Source: Lingula anatina
Taxonomy: Eukaryota; Animalia; Brachiopoda
Assembly (NCBI GenBank): GCA_051362555.1
Contig: CM120641.1
Coordinates: forward strand, 17,918,001-17,982,000
Direction: 5' to 3'
DNA length: 64,000 bases
A program made the position numbers and the translations under genes. Below, in pieces: positions 36,301-47,300 of the stretch (the stretch's first letter is position 1; every line of letters starts with the position of its first letter). The notes beneath the pieces are model-generated. The model did no database searches and was not told the origin of the DNA. It saw only the letters and a program-made list of their open reading frames with translations.

Positions 36301-37665
36301 TAACCCATTTCTGGTCACAAATGCAGTCTTTGGCTTATCTTCTTCTGCTACCTCGATTTGATAATACCCGCTCTGGCAATCAGCTATTGAGAAGAAAATT
36401 GAACCACCAAGAGAGTCTAAACAGTCATTTATTCGAGGTAGAGGGTAAGCATCTTTCACTGTTACATCATTTAAGCGTCTATAGTCAACACAGGGTCTTG
36501 TTGTTCCATCCTTTTTCTTGACATAAACTAGTGGAGATGACCAAGGTGAGGTGGACTCTCTAATAACACCATTTTGGAGCTGTTCCTGAATTATTTTCTC
36601 TTCTTCCCCAGCAAACGCTCTAGGGGGTCTTCTGGGCTGCTGTTTTATGGGTCTTGCATCACCAGTGACAATCTTATGCTTTACGACAGATGTGTGACCC
36701 ATGTCACTGGAAGACTTGGCAAAAACATCACTGTGCTTCTGCAGGAGTTTCTTTAGTTCACATCTTTCAAAGTCAGTCAAATTCTCACCTGACTGTTTAT
36801 AGAGGTCAGCCAGGTACTCAGGCAATTCTGGGCTATGAAGGGTTAAGTCTGACTTTTGTTTACCAGGGGTTAAGTCTGCTCGTAAGGTGGGCACAGAAAG
36901 GCTATCTTCAAGTTTATCACCAATCACATGGTCTACTTCATGTAAATGAGCAACGCAGGTGTCTTTCAAAAGTGAAATGTCTTCATTAGAAGGGTTAAGG
37001 AGTCTCACAGGTATTTTATTGTCTCTTCTGAAAGGATCAACTAGCACATGTCCGATCAGAAAATCACTTGACTTCTCTGGAAATGCCTCTACCAGTCCCA
37101 ATCCTGATTTTATTTTGCTAGAATCAACTGTCCCTTCTATGATCAACTCACTGTTTGCAGGAATAATAACGTCATTAGTCACTGTCACTCTAAAGGCATG
37201 CTTTGGTTCCCTCTCAACCAAACAGGGCACTCTCTTCCCATTAAGTTTCAGTCCGTTCACACCCAGCGAAAAATCATGATGGCACAGGAAGTCCATTCCT
37301 AACAAACCATCGTCCCTTATTTTTGCTACAAGCATGTCCCATACAAACATTTCTTCGCCAGACTGAAAACTTATTTCTACATGGCCTTCAATTTCAATGT
37401 TTCTACTGTCTGCAACCTGCAACTGCAATTTTCTATGAGTCTTTTTCAGTTCAGGTCTAAAATCATGGGGAATTCGTTCATAAATGTGGGTAGCTATAAT
37501 TGTTTTTGACGCACCAGTGTCTACAATAAAGTTCACTTCTTGGCCCTGAATCTTCACTGGCCAAGAAACACTAGCATTTCTACAACTAACGGTTTCAATG
37601 TCACTGTCAACAGGTGTTTTTAGGGGTTCATTCTGGCCGGCTGGAATGCCCCTTCTCAGTTTCCC
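33337..37665 (-). CDS. pol: Gypsy Pol polyprotein (protease, RT, RNase H, insert, integrase), expressed by -1 frameshift from gag
   Basis: Protease VDTGA, RT YLDD, RNase H DTDAS, integrase HHCC, D-D-E (DILGP/SDQG/VERFN) and GPF motif. No chromodomain and no stops. Confidence 0.97.
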   Translation of the reverse strand, partial: GKLRRGIPAGQNEPLKTPVDSDIETVSCRNASVSWPVKIQGQEVNFIVDTGASKTIIATHIYERIPHDFRPELKKTHRKLQLQVADSRNIEIEGHVEISFQSGEEMFVWDMLVAKIRDDGLLGMDFLCHHDFSLGVNGLKLNGKRVPCLVEREPKHAFRVTVTNDVIIPANSELIIEGTVDSSKIKSGLGLVEAFPEKSSDFLIGHVLVDPFRRDNKIPVRLLNPSNEDISLLKDTCVAHLHEVDHVIGDKLEDSLSVPTLRADLTPGKQKSDLTLHSPELPEYLADLYKQSGENLTDFERCELKKLLQKHSDVFAKSSSDMGHTSVVKHKIVTGDARPIKQQPRRPPRAFAGEEEKIIQEQLQNGVIRESTSPWSSPLVYVKKKDGTTRPCVDYRRLNDVTVKDAYPLPRINDCLDSLGGSIFFSIADCQSGYYQIEVAEEDKPKTAFVTRNGLYEYNVMPFGLSNSPSTFERCMELILRGLQWQTVLIYLDDIIVFGKSFEEHYKRLDEVFNRLGKAGLKLKPSKCRLFQTEVQFLGHVVTQDGVKPDPEKVECIKKWPVPRNLTDVRSFLGLCSYYRRFIKGFSTRAAPINHLLQAGQAFTWTDSCQTAFEDLKSALTGNEVMAYPRDEGLYILDTDASATGIGAVLSQLQWCEKTQKEIEKPVAYASKSLTKTQRRYCVTRKELLAVVTFVQQFRHHLLGRQFLVRSDHSALRWVMSFKEPNDQMARWLEVLSQFDFKIEHRAGARHGNADAISRFPCDPDECTCYDGESILSKLPCEGCVQCKKKHEQWSRYLEEEVVPLVIRRTTENQKKELKSDNGVCGSGQASGNRGKCPVKRVYTAACSVLLTGLYILLTLFFAILSWVTMKFKCIFKEVRALSLRRMRVSKKKEVLPRENLTFKDQDFSHGDEDTDLSESESDRDRLPAEWLGSYTVNELFNLQCKDPELKTVLDWKEQSSQRPERDKVAAESPAVRQLWLLWDQLVLQEGILYKRWETLDKTGSFLQILVPKEMRNEVMKGVHDKVTSGHLGVKKTVSKLKRHFYWYKMKESVRDYIRRCAICGGRKRPRSRPKAPLLRYAVGAPMDRVATDILGPFPVSERGNKYILLAMDQFSKWVECYAIPDISAKTVAHKLVTEFFSRFGLPLDLHSDQGSNYESQLFKQVCQVLEINKTRTSSYHPSGNGMVERFNIVLCDMISAYVSEDQRDWDIHLPLLTAAYRCCKHESTGYSPNLLMLGREVHTATELIFGKPPEDRSVTSPSEYVKMLQEKMTRIHEIVRLHLKKDFQRQKRDHDTRISQNNYKVGDLVYLLDSTRTVGLSPKLKRDKWQGPFVVVKKHSDLLFAVKGKPKCKMKIVHHDRLKPFLSDQVPDWVSSLQKCLHKGNYVEGSPLKREGSAIKHRMKQSGQSKQVQVPKNQPDSNLRNEGRPQRKRRPPKRFAD
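37623..37665 (-). promoter_or_regulatory. -1 programmed ribosomal frameshift signal
   Basis: Slippery heptamer G GGA AAC (37665-37659) directly before the gag stop, a 6-nt spacer, then hairpin GGGGCATTC...GAATGAACCCC (37652-37623). Confidence 0.85.
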
Positions 37666-38783
37666 TGGTTGTTTACATGCGGAGCCTCTTTCACAGGTGC
37701 CTTGCATTCTCTTGCCAGATGCCCATATCTATGGCACTTGAAACACTCTATGTTGTTTTTCCAATTTTCTGACTTGGGTGATGGAGGACTTTTCGTGTCT
37801 TTTGCTTTCTCTTTCAATATCAAATCTTTTATTTCATCTAACTTCTTGTCAAACTTCTTTTCAAGCTGGTGTAGCTGACTTTCTGTTACAACAGCCTCAG
37901 GATTTGCTGCCCTAACACTTGGTCTTTTCACTGCCTCTTCTCTTAGACTGTTATACATTTCAAGGGCCTCCCTTGCTTCGTCTAGATTTTTGGGCGTTTT
38001 CATGCCCACTGCCACGGCGGCTTGATGGTCTGGCAACCCTTTTATGAAATGGCGCAATGCAATTGTCTCACGGGTGGTGCAGTCAGCCGTCGGGTAACCT
38101 TTTAACACCAACTTTCTAATATCGGAGATGTACTCTGGCAGTTTCTCTCTTGAACTAAGCTTTCTATTCTCTAGCTCTGATAGATAGGAGCTTGTAGTAC
38201 GCTTTTCTTGAAATCGGTTTTGCAATGCCCTCTGTAGCAGAGGGTAGGAATTTACCACTTCTGCTGACAACTGCACAAAGGCGAAATCAGCAGCCTCACC
38301 ACGCAGACTGTTACATAATCTAAACAGTTTCTCAGACTCACTCCATTCACAAGTCTGGCTTAGTGCTTTGAATGGCTCAATGAAACCCTCCCAGGATTCT
38401 TTTCCACTAAAGAGAGTCTGTCTGGGCAAAGGTATTTCAAAGTTACTACGGCCATTAATTCTGTGAAATGGGGTAAGTGTAGGGGTTATTGTTTCTGATA
38501 TGGGTTCATTCTGGGCTCTGTGTTCTATTTCTGTCTCTTTCTGTCGCTCTAGGGCTCTGACTCTCTGTTCTGCAGCCTCAGCACGTGCCTCTAAGATGTC
38601 CGCATTTTCTTTAGCATTTCTTAGTAATCTTTCTTTTTCTGCCTCTGCTTCTTCTACAGCAACTTGTATTCTGTGAGTAGAATTTTCTTTTTCAGCTTCA
38701 AGAGCTCTGCAGGCTTCTTCTAACTGTTCCTCCAGGTTTCTCACTTCCTCCTGGTCAGATCTGTTGTCCTTTTTAGGAGGCAT
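37656..38783 (-). CDS. gag: Gypsy Gag, 375 aa
   Basis: N-terminal coiled coil, capsid-like region (FSGKESWEGF...LRGEAADF) and CCHC knuckle CFKCHRYGHLAREC. Confidence 0.95.
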   Translation of the reverse strand: MPPKKDNRSDQEEVRNLEEQLEEACRALEAEKENSTHRIQVAVEEAEAEKERLLRNAKENADILEARAEAAEQRVRALERQKETEIEHRAQNEPISETITPTLTPFHRINGRSNFEIPLPRQTLFSGKESWEGFIEPFKALSQTCEWSESEKLFRLCNSLRGEAADFAFVQLSAEVVNSYPLLQRALQNRFQEKRTTSSYLSELENRKLSSREKLPEYISDIRKLVLKGYPTADCTTRETIALRHFIKGLPDHQAAVAVGMKTPKNLDEAREALEMYNSLREEAVKRPSVRAANPEAVVTESQLHQLEKKFDKKLDEIKDLILKEKAKDTKSPPSPKSENWKNNIECFKCHRYGHLARECKAPVKEAPHVNNQGN

Positions 38784-38833
38784 TTTGAATTTCTTGATTT
38801 CTTGAGCTTTTCTCTTGGCGTGTTAAAGTCTGT

Positions 38834-38851
38834 ATCCCACCGCTGCCACCA
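38834..38851 (-). other. Primer-binding site, tRNA-Leu
   Basis: TGGTGGCAGCGGTGGGAT lies 1 nt inside the 5' LTR and is complementary to the 3' end of animal tRNA-Leu(AAG/UAG) (...AUCCCACCGCUGCCA-CCA, recalled). Confidence 0.85.
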
Positions 38852-38852
38852 G

Positions 38853-39449
38853 TGTAAAGGTCTTCGCTTTTCTGCCACCAGTGTACGGTTCTCTTACTTC
38901 GCTGCCACCAACAAAACAAGGTCTCTGTTTTGTAAACTTTATTTCTACGAATAACTCTCAACACAACTGTACATGTTTCTGTATCTTTTACTAAACACTG
39001 TCTCTATTCTTGCTGTACTGCTGTACTTCTAATTTAAACAACTGCAACTCAGCTACAATAAACTAACTGGAACTATATTGTGAAACTGACTCAAACTAAG
39101 TTGTGAAACTAAGTCTGACACTATACTCTCACTGAGTACTGCCACTATACTCTACAGTAACTGACCAACACTGCGTAGAGCAGCTGTATTTATAGGTTTC
39201 AAAAGTGGACGACCTTGAATGGTTCACTGCTACTCTGACTGGCAGCCAGAGGAAAAGTGGACGGCCTTGAATGGTTGACCGCCAACCCCTCTACTGGACA
39301 CCACAATCCCCTCTTTAGTAAACTGATACCACTTACAAGCCATTCCAACTTAAGGTTCAAAGTTCAACACACACAAGAATGTAAACAAAAGGCTACAGCT
39401 TACTGCAGCAACTTTACCATGAATTTTAAGGCTATGTAAAATCGTTACA
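38853..39449 (-). repeat. 5' LTR
   Basis: Direct repeat of 32434-33030. Confidence 0.97.
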
Positions 39450-41384
39450 ATATTGACACAAAATTTGAGGGATGAATAAAATTTAACACAAATAATTTTA
39501 AGCAAGAAGAGGGATTGGGGACAAGGGGCGGGGGTGCAGTAGAAGAGCACTTTCACAGTATGTACAACACAGATTGTACGTTGAGTCCAATTGAATATTC
39601 TGTATGGTTAAAAAATTAATTTTACTCATTAGATGGGCGTGAACCTAACCTTAGTAGATATGTGGCATGCGTCCTTTTATCTGGTGTGTGTATGTCTGTA
39701 AGACATGGGTGTCTGTTTGCTCAGTAGGTGGAAACTTATCAGTGCTAAGCTGGTTGCTTAAGGATAATGTTGACAGTACTGGTTCAGAGGAGATACCGCC
39801 TGTGTGGATGAGTGCTACACTGCACCCACTTCTCACAGGGATCTTGATATTAAGATGGGTGTTGCCCGTGGTTTTGAAAAAAAAAAAATGAAGGTTTTCT
39901 CCTGGAAGAGCCAATTATTCATTTATACTTATCAGAAAACTGGTAATTTTTTGTCTTAAATGTCAGACCTGTGTTACATACATATGATGCACAAAATGTA
40001 CCTATAGCTTTACCCTAAGCAATTCATTATATTGTAACCATTTCCTGCAAAAGAAAAAAACTGATGATAAAAAAAATGGTAATATTGCCTGCTCAGGAAG
40101 CTTTTAACATGTACAATCTGTGAAGCCATGGTAAAACCCCTCACATACATAATACAGATAGTGGTTGTAATGCATACACTTCCACCATTGAATTTTTTCA
40201 CCATTCTATTTCTGGTGAACTGTGGGTACGCACATTTACTATTATATTTTCACACAAATGTATTCTCACTTAATTGGTTTAGCCATTATAGTACAGGATG
40301 CTCCATTGAAATAATGCATAAATATAGAATTTGTATCTAGATGTGATTATCATAATTTGTGACAAAACAATCGTTCAGGAACTTGGTTACTAGATCTGAT
40401 TTTATTCAAGTGGGTTGGGGTTGCCCAGCAACCTTACTAGTTGCTGGCCCACTGTATGTACTTGTCCTATAGCCTGTATTTATATAACAGGGGTTTTGGT
40501 TCCAAAGTGAAACTGTTTACATAGCGTGTAGACACATATTTTGAGCTGACACCTAAAGCTGTAAGTATCCAGCTTTCCTGCATGGTCATCATGTTTTCCT
40601 CTAACTCAGGGTGACAGTGATGTTTGTTAAAGATAACCTAGAACTTGGGGTCATAGGCCTATGCCTATTTCCACACTTGGCTCTCTGATGACCATCTTCT
40701 TAACTGAAGAGAGATATTTATCCTAATAGTTTAATATGATATTCTCATGATATGAATTTATTCTGTGGTTTTGTGAAGGTTATGGAATTGTGATTTTGTT
40801 TTATTGTGCTGCGTGCATGCACATATATATTGTAAGATGACCCTATTTTGTGTACTGAGAAATGCCATTATCGTCTTGGTGATGGATTTTGCTAAGTGTG
40901 TATACAGTGCATGTGTATATGCATGTATGTTTGTGTGTGTGTGTGTGTGGAGGAGAAGTGACTGTTATGATGATTATGTGCCAAATTGACATAGGCTTAA
41001 TCCTGAAAAAAATTCTCATGTAGAATTGCATTTACCTTTTGCAGTATTACATACGTACATGTATGTACCCATATATATTGAGCAACCATAATAGGATTTT
41101 GGATACCACAGACAGCTATATATATTCTACTGCAGTAAAATAAGAAACTTCAAAATCGAAATTATGTTAAACATGGTTTATATATAGACTATAAGTATCA
41201 TTAACTCTGCCAGTCATTTTATGATAAGGACAGGATATATGTACATACATAGCAAGGAGAGAATACGTAGGCAGCAGATTGAAATGAAGCTGATTGATTA
41301 TCATATTGGATATTGATATATATGTGATTATTAGATACTGTGATCAGTAAGCTTCCTTTTGTTTTTCAGTTTTGAAACAGCAAG

Positions 41385-44300
41385 ATGGGTAGCTCCGGAG
41401 AAGTTGACCCAGCCTTCAAGACCATTCCAAAAGGCCAGCCATGCTTTTTAATATGGCGCATTGAGGTAATTGTTACAGTATTTAGTTCTTGATGTGATTT
41501 GTTTAAATAATGTCATGTTGTCATTAAAAAAAAGAAGAAAAAACTTAACTAACGATCATTTTGGCAAATGGAATGCCATTTTGAATGACGTTTAATTGAA
41601 GGTTGTTTTTATTAATATTATAGGAACATAAACCAGTTGTATATTTTACCACAAGGGCTATCATGAGTATACATGAAATGGAATATAAATTAATTTTATG
41701 TCAGTATTTCAATTCTTGTATATTAGATATAATCTGTTTAGTGGAGGATGTTCATTATATTCAGTCTTGATGGGACATCATAAATTAAGTTATTCTGATA
41801 AAAAACAAGTTTTTCAATCACTTTTAAACTAATTTTATTACTTATTATTACACCATGCTTTGAACTTGGCAGAAATTAAACAGATAACATCATGGGTCAT
41901 GTTAATATGTCTCATTCACAACTGATAATTTGATGCATTTTTCGTGATTCTTCTTTTATTAGAAATGCAATGGTCAATTGGTTTGAGTGATTCCATGATA
42001 ATATAGCAGTTCTTAAATGGCCAGCATTTAATGTATTGTTTAGTGTGTCCATTTATTTTAGATGATCACATGTTCACACTAGCTTACACAGCTGTATGAA
42101 AAATATGTGCCTGTAGTTCATACATACTTGTACCAATTCTAGTACAGAGAATATATGTTTTCATCCTCTCATATTACATATAATGCACTTTGCACTTCTT
42201 GTTTTTTTTTCGATATGACATCACCCCCCCCCCCTCCACAAACACATTCACAGGAAAGAATAAAGGTTAGAAGCAAAAACCTTGATTAATGAGTTTGCTT
42301 AGCGTAAATCTTGGCTACTTCATGCCACTTTTTCTCTGTACTAACTTCAGATGTTCAGTAACATAATACAGAGAACTGCCATATTGATGGGTAATTGGGC
42401 ATAAAAAATCTTGGTTGAATTGTCCCAGACTGGTTTGTTACTTATTTTTTGTCAGCAAAGGTTAGATGTTAGGTCCTTCTTTTCCCTGCCTGACCTACAT
42501 TTTGCAGTTTTATTATTGCATGAATTGATTATTGTGTAATATGCCTTTGGTTTCCTGTGCTGTAATCAATATTTTCTATAGTACCAAGCCGTCAGTATAG
42601 TTATGCATGTATATGCAACTATTGTGCATATTAAAGATGACAAAACTGATTATAAACTGATTATAAACTGATTATAAACTGATTAGGCAAAATGTGTTTG
42701 AAGTAAAGATGTCATTGAGTTCTGTCTCGGGTGAATTTTCCAATAATCTCCCTTTCACTTAATCTAATAGAATAAGAAATGTTTATTCCTCAAATCCTTG
42801 GGGAACATGTTATGCTTTGTGTTAGGTATTTTGAAAATGTAGGCATTTTATGGAAAATAAAATTGATATGTTATGGTATTGGTTTAATTGATTGTTTTCA
42901 TTTTAAAAATTTCTATTTGTCTTTTTTTTCAGAAATTGAAGGTGGTGCCAGTCCCAAAAGAGTCATATGGAAAATTCTACACAGGGGACTCCTACATTAT
43001 TCTCTCTGTAAGTGTTAGTGACATCTGTAAAATTATGTGAACAGTATATATAGTATATGTACATAGTTTAGCACCCATCTGCAAAAATTCAGCAAGGCAA
43101 TATTGAGCATCATTCTGTTATGTAATTAGCTCTTTCTTCATGTATATGAACTGCAAGTTAAAAAATTGTCATTTATGATCGTGAACTGTCAATATTTTTG
43201 CTAACAACTGCCCACTTTTTTGTAATTTTTATTTCTATCATATATTCCAGAAAAGAAATTAAGTTTATATTTTATCTCAGTATTATAATAAATAAATTGG
43301 ATAATTACTAGCAAAAGCACATTTCTTAATCTATTTTGCAAACTTTATTTTTTTTGTGAGTTTATCTTTTGAAAAAGAGGTTTGAATCAAGTTTAAATAT
43401 TGCGTGCCACCAAGGAAGCTTAGACATCGTTGCATCAATCTTAAGATTCCAATATTTGAATCAGGTTTTCATTTGTAAGAGATAATTTCTGTTGGTTGAG
43501 CCAGGTTTGTGAAAGAAATGGAGAGACCAAGACTCAAAGGATTGGTTACCAGGTAGCTCTGATCAGATTTGTGAAATTTATGATTTGTTTTGAACTAACA
43601 TGTACATTGTAGATATAATACAGGTTATTGTCATAAATACTAATTAAATAAATGAATATTCAGTTGTACCTTTTTCCATGGCACTGTGTTTTTTGTGAAC
43701 TTTTTACACAGTCTAACTGCAGTTGGTGAATTGTATTAGTGTCATTTATCATTATGAAATGCATTTTCTTAGTCCCAGCCTACAAGAAGAAGGGAGAAAA
43801 ACACTTTTATTGCAGATTTAGCAAATACTGAAAATGAAAATGAAAAACATTAATCTTATCACCATGTCAGTGGTCAAGTGCTCTTGTTTGAATAGAATGT
43901 CTTTGAGTGGAATGTAGAGCCAGAGGGTTTAATGACTTTGAAACCTGTTTCTAGATTGACCTAACTAACATGTGTATTTTCACGTCTGCTGGTCAGTTTC
44001 TAAAGTGGCTGCACTGTAATTTCCTTTGCTGTCAGAGGTGATGAATTGTGTAAAAACTAATAATAGAAATGTTTTGTTGTTCACAGTAGGCCAACTCTGG
44101 CACACTATATTGTTTTTTTTAGATTGCTGATGATATCTGATGATATCCAATGTCATTCATATTTACGTCCTAAGTTATATACTGTTTGAAATGTTTTATC
44201 TTTAAGATTTTGACCTAAAGCCAGTTAGGATTCTGTTTAAGATAGAAATACAAGTCAGTTTGGTTAAGATTGTACAATTTATATATTTTTAGTTTTTGGT

Positions 44301-47300
44301 GGATTTTTATTACAATTTATATAGTTTTTGTTTATTATTTATTGGGATGTGTATGACATGTCTGAATTGCCATATTATTAGTTTATTTATAGAAAGTGGG
44401 AGGTACATCGGCAGGAAAATAAAAGGTTTACATATTTTGTAGGTAAAAGACAGTAGAGGTGCCCTTGAAATGGATATCCACTTTTGGTTGGGTAAAGAGA
44501 GTTCACAGGTAGGTATGTTTACAACAGGTACCAAATCAACATGATATTATATACTAATGAGAATTATGAAATAATATGAAATATAACAGAAAAGATCTCT
44601 AAATTGTTAATTTTTTCATGTGAATTGATCATGTATTTGACTTAAAATACATAAGTTTGACTTCACACTTTCAGTTAATTAAATTAAATGAAAATAATTC
44701 TAAAACTGAATCCTGGTACAAGTTTTTTTTCTGAATACAATATGAAACAGTAACATTTCTATATGTTGACACTGCCCTTGGTTTTACCATAAAGGATGAA
44801 GAGGGTGTGGCAGCCTTTAAGACTGTGGAACTGGATGATTACCTAGGAGGATCACCAGTACAACACAGAGAAGTTCAGGAACATGAATCTGCACAGTTCC
44901 TAGAATACTTCAGAAATAAAAAAGGAATCAGGTATATTAAAACAGTGTTGGCTAAATTTCATTCGTTTTTGGGTTTGTATATTATGACATCAAACACCTT
45001 CATGTTTTTTTTTTAAGAAAAACTGATGTTTTAGGCTTTGGCTTTTTAATGGCCAGAATTATATAACTTATATACACAATATTCAACATCCTAAATACCT
45101 TCCTGTTTGTACTTTTAATACTAAAAACTCGTCAACCAAAACAATGTCTCTTTCTAATCAGAAATATCTAGTTAATGTCAATATTGCTCAAATGTGACCT
45201 ACTATTGCTGTATTTCCTAGCATCAATAAACAATTCATGTCCATTAAAAGTTTTTTGACGAATTTTTATCGACATTTTCAGGTATATGAAGGGTGGCGTA
45301 GCATCTGGATTCAAGCATGTTGGAACCAAGGTTTTAGAACCCTACTTACTTCATGTAAAAGGAAAGAGAACTGTCAGGACCACCGAGGTATTTAAAACCA
45401 TTCAACATTATATCTACAATTTACATCCACAATAAACACACATTATATCCACATTTTTATGGCAGGCAAAAAATAAGTGAGATTTGGAAAATTAGTTTAA
45501 AAATCGAGCTGGTTAAATCCTGTAAATGGTAATTTAAGAGTGGATATTTCAAAACACAAGATAATTATATTTTTCTGTATTAAATGTTATTTAATTTTAT
45601 TAATTTTTTTTTTGTAGAACTGAGCTGTATAAGTGTTGTTTACTGGGACAAATAAAGATAGAGACACAAGACAATTATTATTATTTATATTTTTGCAATT
45701 CCTATCTTAATAGGTGCCAATCAGTTGGGACTCCATGAACGAAGGAGATGTCTTTCTGTTGGACCTGTTCAATGTTATATTTGTCTGGATTGGGAAGGAT
45801 GCAAACAGAACTGAGAAAATCAAGGCAAGATCCTAGTCATTGTGGTTAACATTCAGGTTTAAGTGTATAATACATTTTTACTGAACTGTGAAAATTAATG
45901 ACTTTCAACAGAAAATGACAAATTTGCATACTTTTTTATGTACAGACAGTGTCAGTACGATGTATTGCAATCAACTTATTTAGGTTGTCTGTGCATAAGC
46001 CAGGTTTAGGTGGCTGGTTTGCAAAGTTGATACTATTACTCCAAATCAACAGTAATGTTGTCTTTAAGATTGAAGACTGTTAAACACTTAAAACTCTTTG
46101 ATGTCTGTATATTCATTAGGGCATGGAAATTGCCAGACAGTTAAAAGACGAGCACAAAAACTGTGATGTTGTCACTGTGGAAGATGGACAGGAGGATAAG
46201 ATGACACCAGATGAACTTAAGGTAGGTGATATGGTTTACAATGTTGCTATTTATAGGTGTGCTGAAGTGGACTTGGACTGAAAAGTACTCCACCTCATAT
46301 GAATCCCTGTGTCTGGATATGTTGCATAATACTGTGAGATCAAGAATTTTTTAATGCTTTGGCCTAACAGAAATTGGAATATTCTGAAGTTGCTGAAATC
46401 AGATATACAAAGAAATTGCAGCCTTGAAGGTTAATGTAAGAATACCATATTATTTGGATAAGTAAGATGGAATAAAAGTACCCTCTGCACTTATAGTCAT
46501 GAGCACATTTTCCTTGTCAGGTCTTCTTTACTAAAATGAATATTTCTTGCTTAAATTTTCTTAAGGTTTTTGAGAAACATCTTCCTTTGAAGAGTAAGAA
46601 AGTGCACAAAGCAGCAGCAGCAGGAGCAGATGAAGAAGTGGTGGCGAAGATGGGGCAGATTAAACTTTATGTGTAAGTAGAGCTGGCATATCCAAGACCC
46701 CATTCTGATTCAGACATCAGTACCAGCTGGGTCAGTTCAACTCTTCCATGTGCACTGGACTTAATAACCCCCCTAACTGCTTGAGGAGCCATGTCAGGCA
46801 ACTGATCCCAATGATTGCACTTAAAGAAAAATCCCCCTGCTGAGTTGATGTCTGAATCTGAGTGCACCCATAGCTCCAACGCAAACAAACACATTTTTTA
46901 AATTAAATGTAAACCAGTTTTTTTATTTATTAGAAGAAAATGACTTGAATGTACAGTGTGTAAAACATTGCAAATTTAGTTGTAAAAGAACACTGAAATT
47001 CAAGGTTGTGGAAGAAGCTCACAATATCCAGAAACAGTGAGGACTTTGTTAAGTCTATAGTGAGTGAATGAGTCTAGTGAGTGAATCTACTGTTTTGTCC
47101 CAAAGCTTTTAAACCATGGTGGAAAAATATCAGGTGGCTAAGGCATTCCATTTTTTTTTACCATACTTTGTGAAATGATCTCTGAATTCTTATATTTATT
47201 AGCTGTACTGATGAGGGTGGTACCCTTAAAGTGCAAGAAAAGAAGAGTGGACCTCTAGTTAAATCAGACTTAGACTCCAATGTAAGTAGACATTTTTAGT

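Larger units (their letters stand above)
32434..39449 (-). mobile_element. Full-length Ty3/Gypsy LTR retrotransposon, 7016 bp
   Basis: Two 597-bp LTRs with TGT...ACA ends, ATAT TSD (32430-32433 and 39450-39453), PBS, PPT, and intact gag and pol in PR-RT-RH-IN order. Confidence 0.98.
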
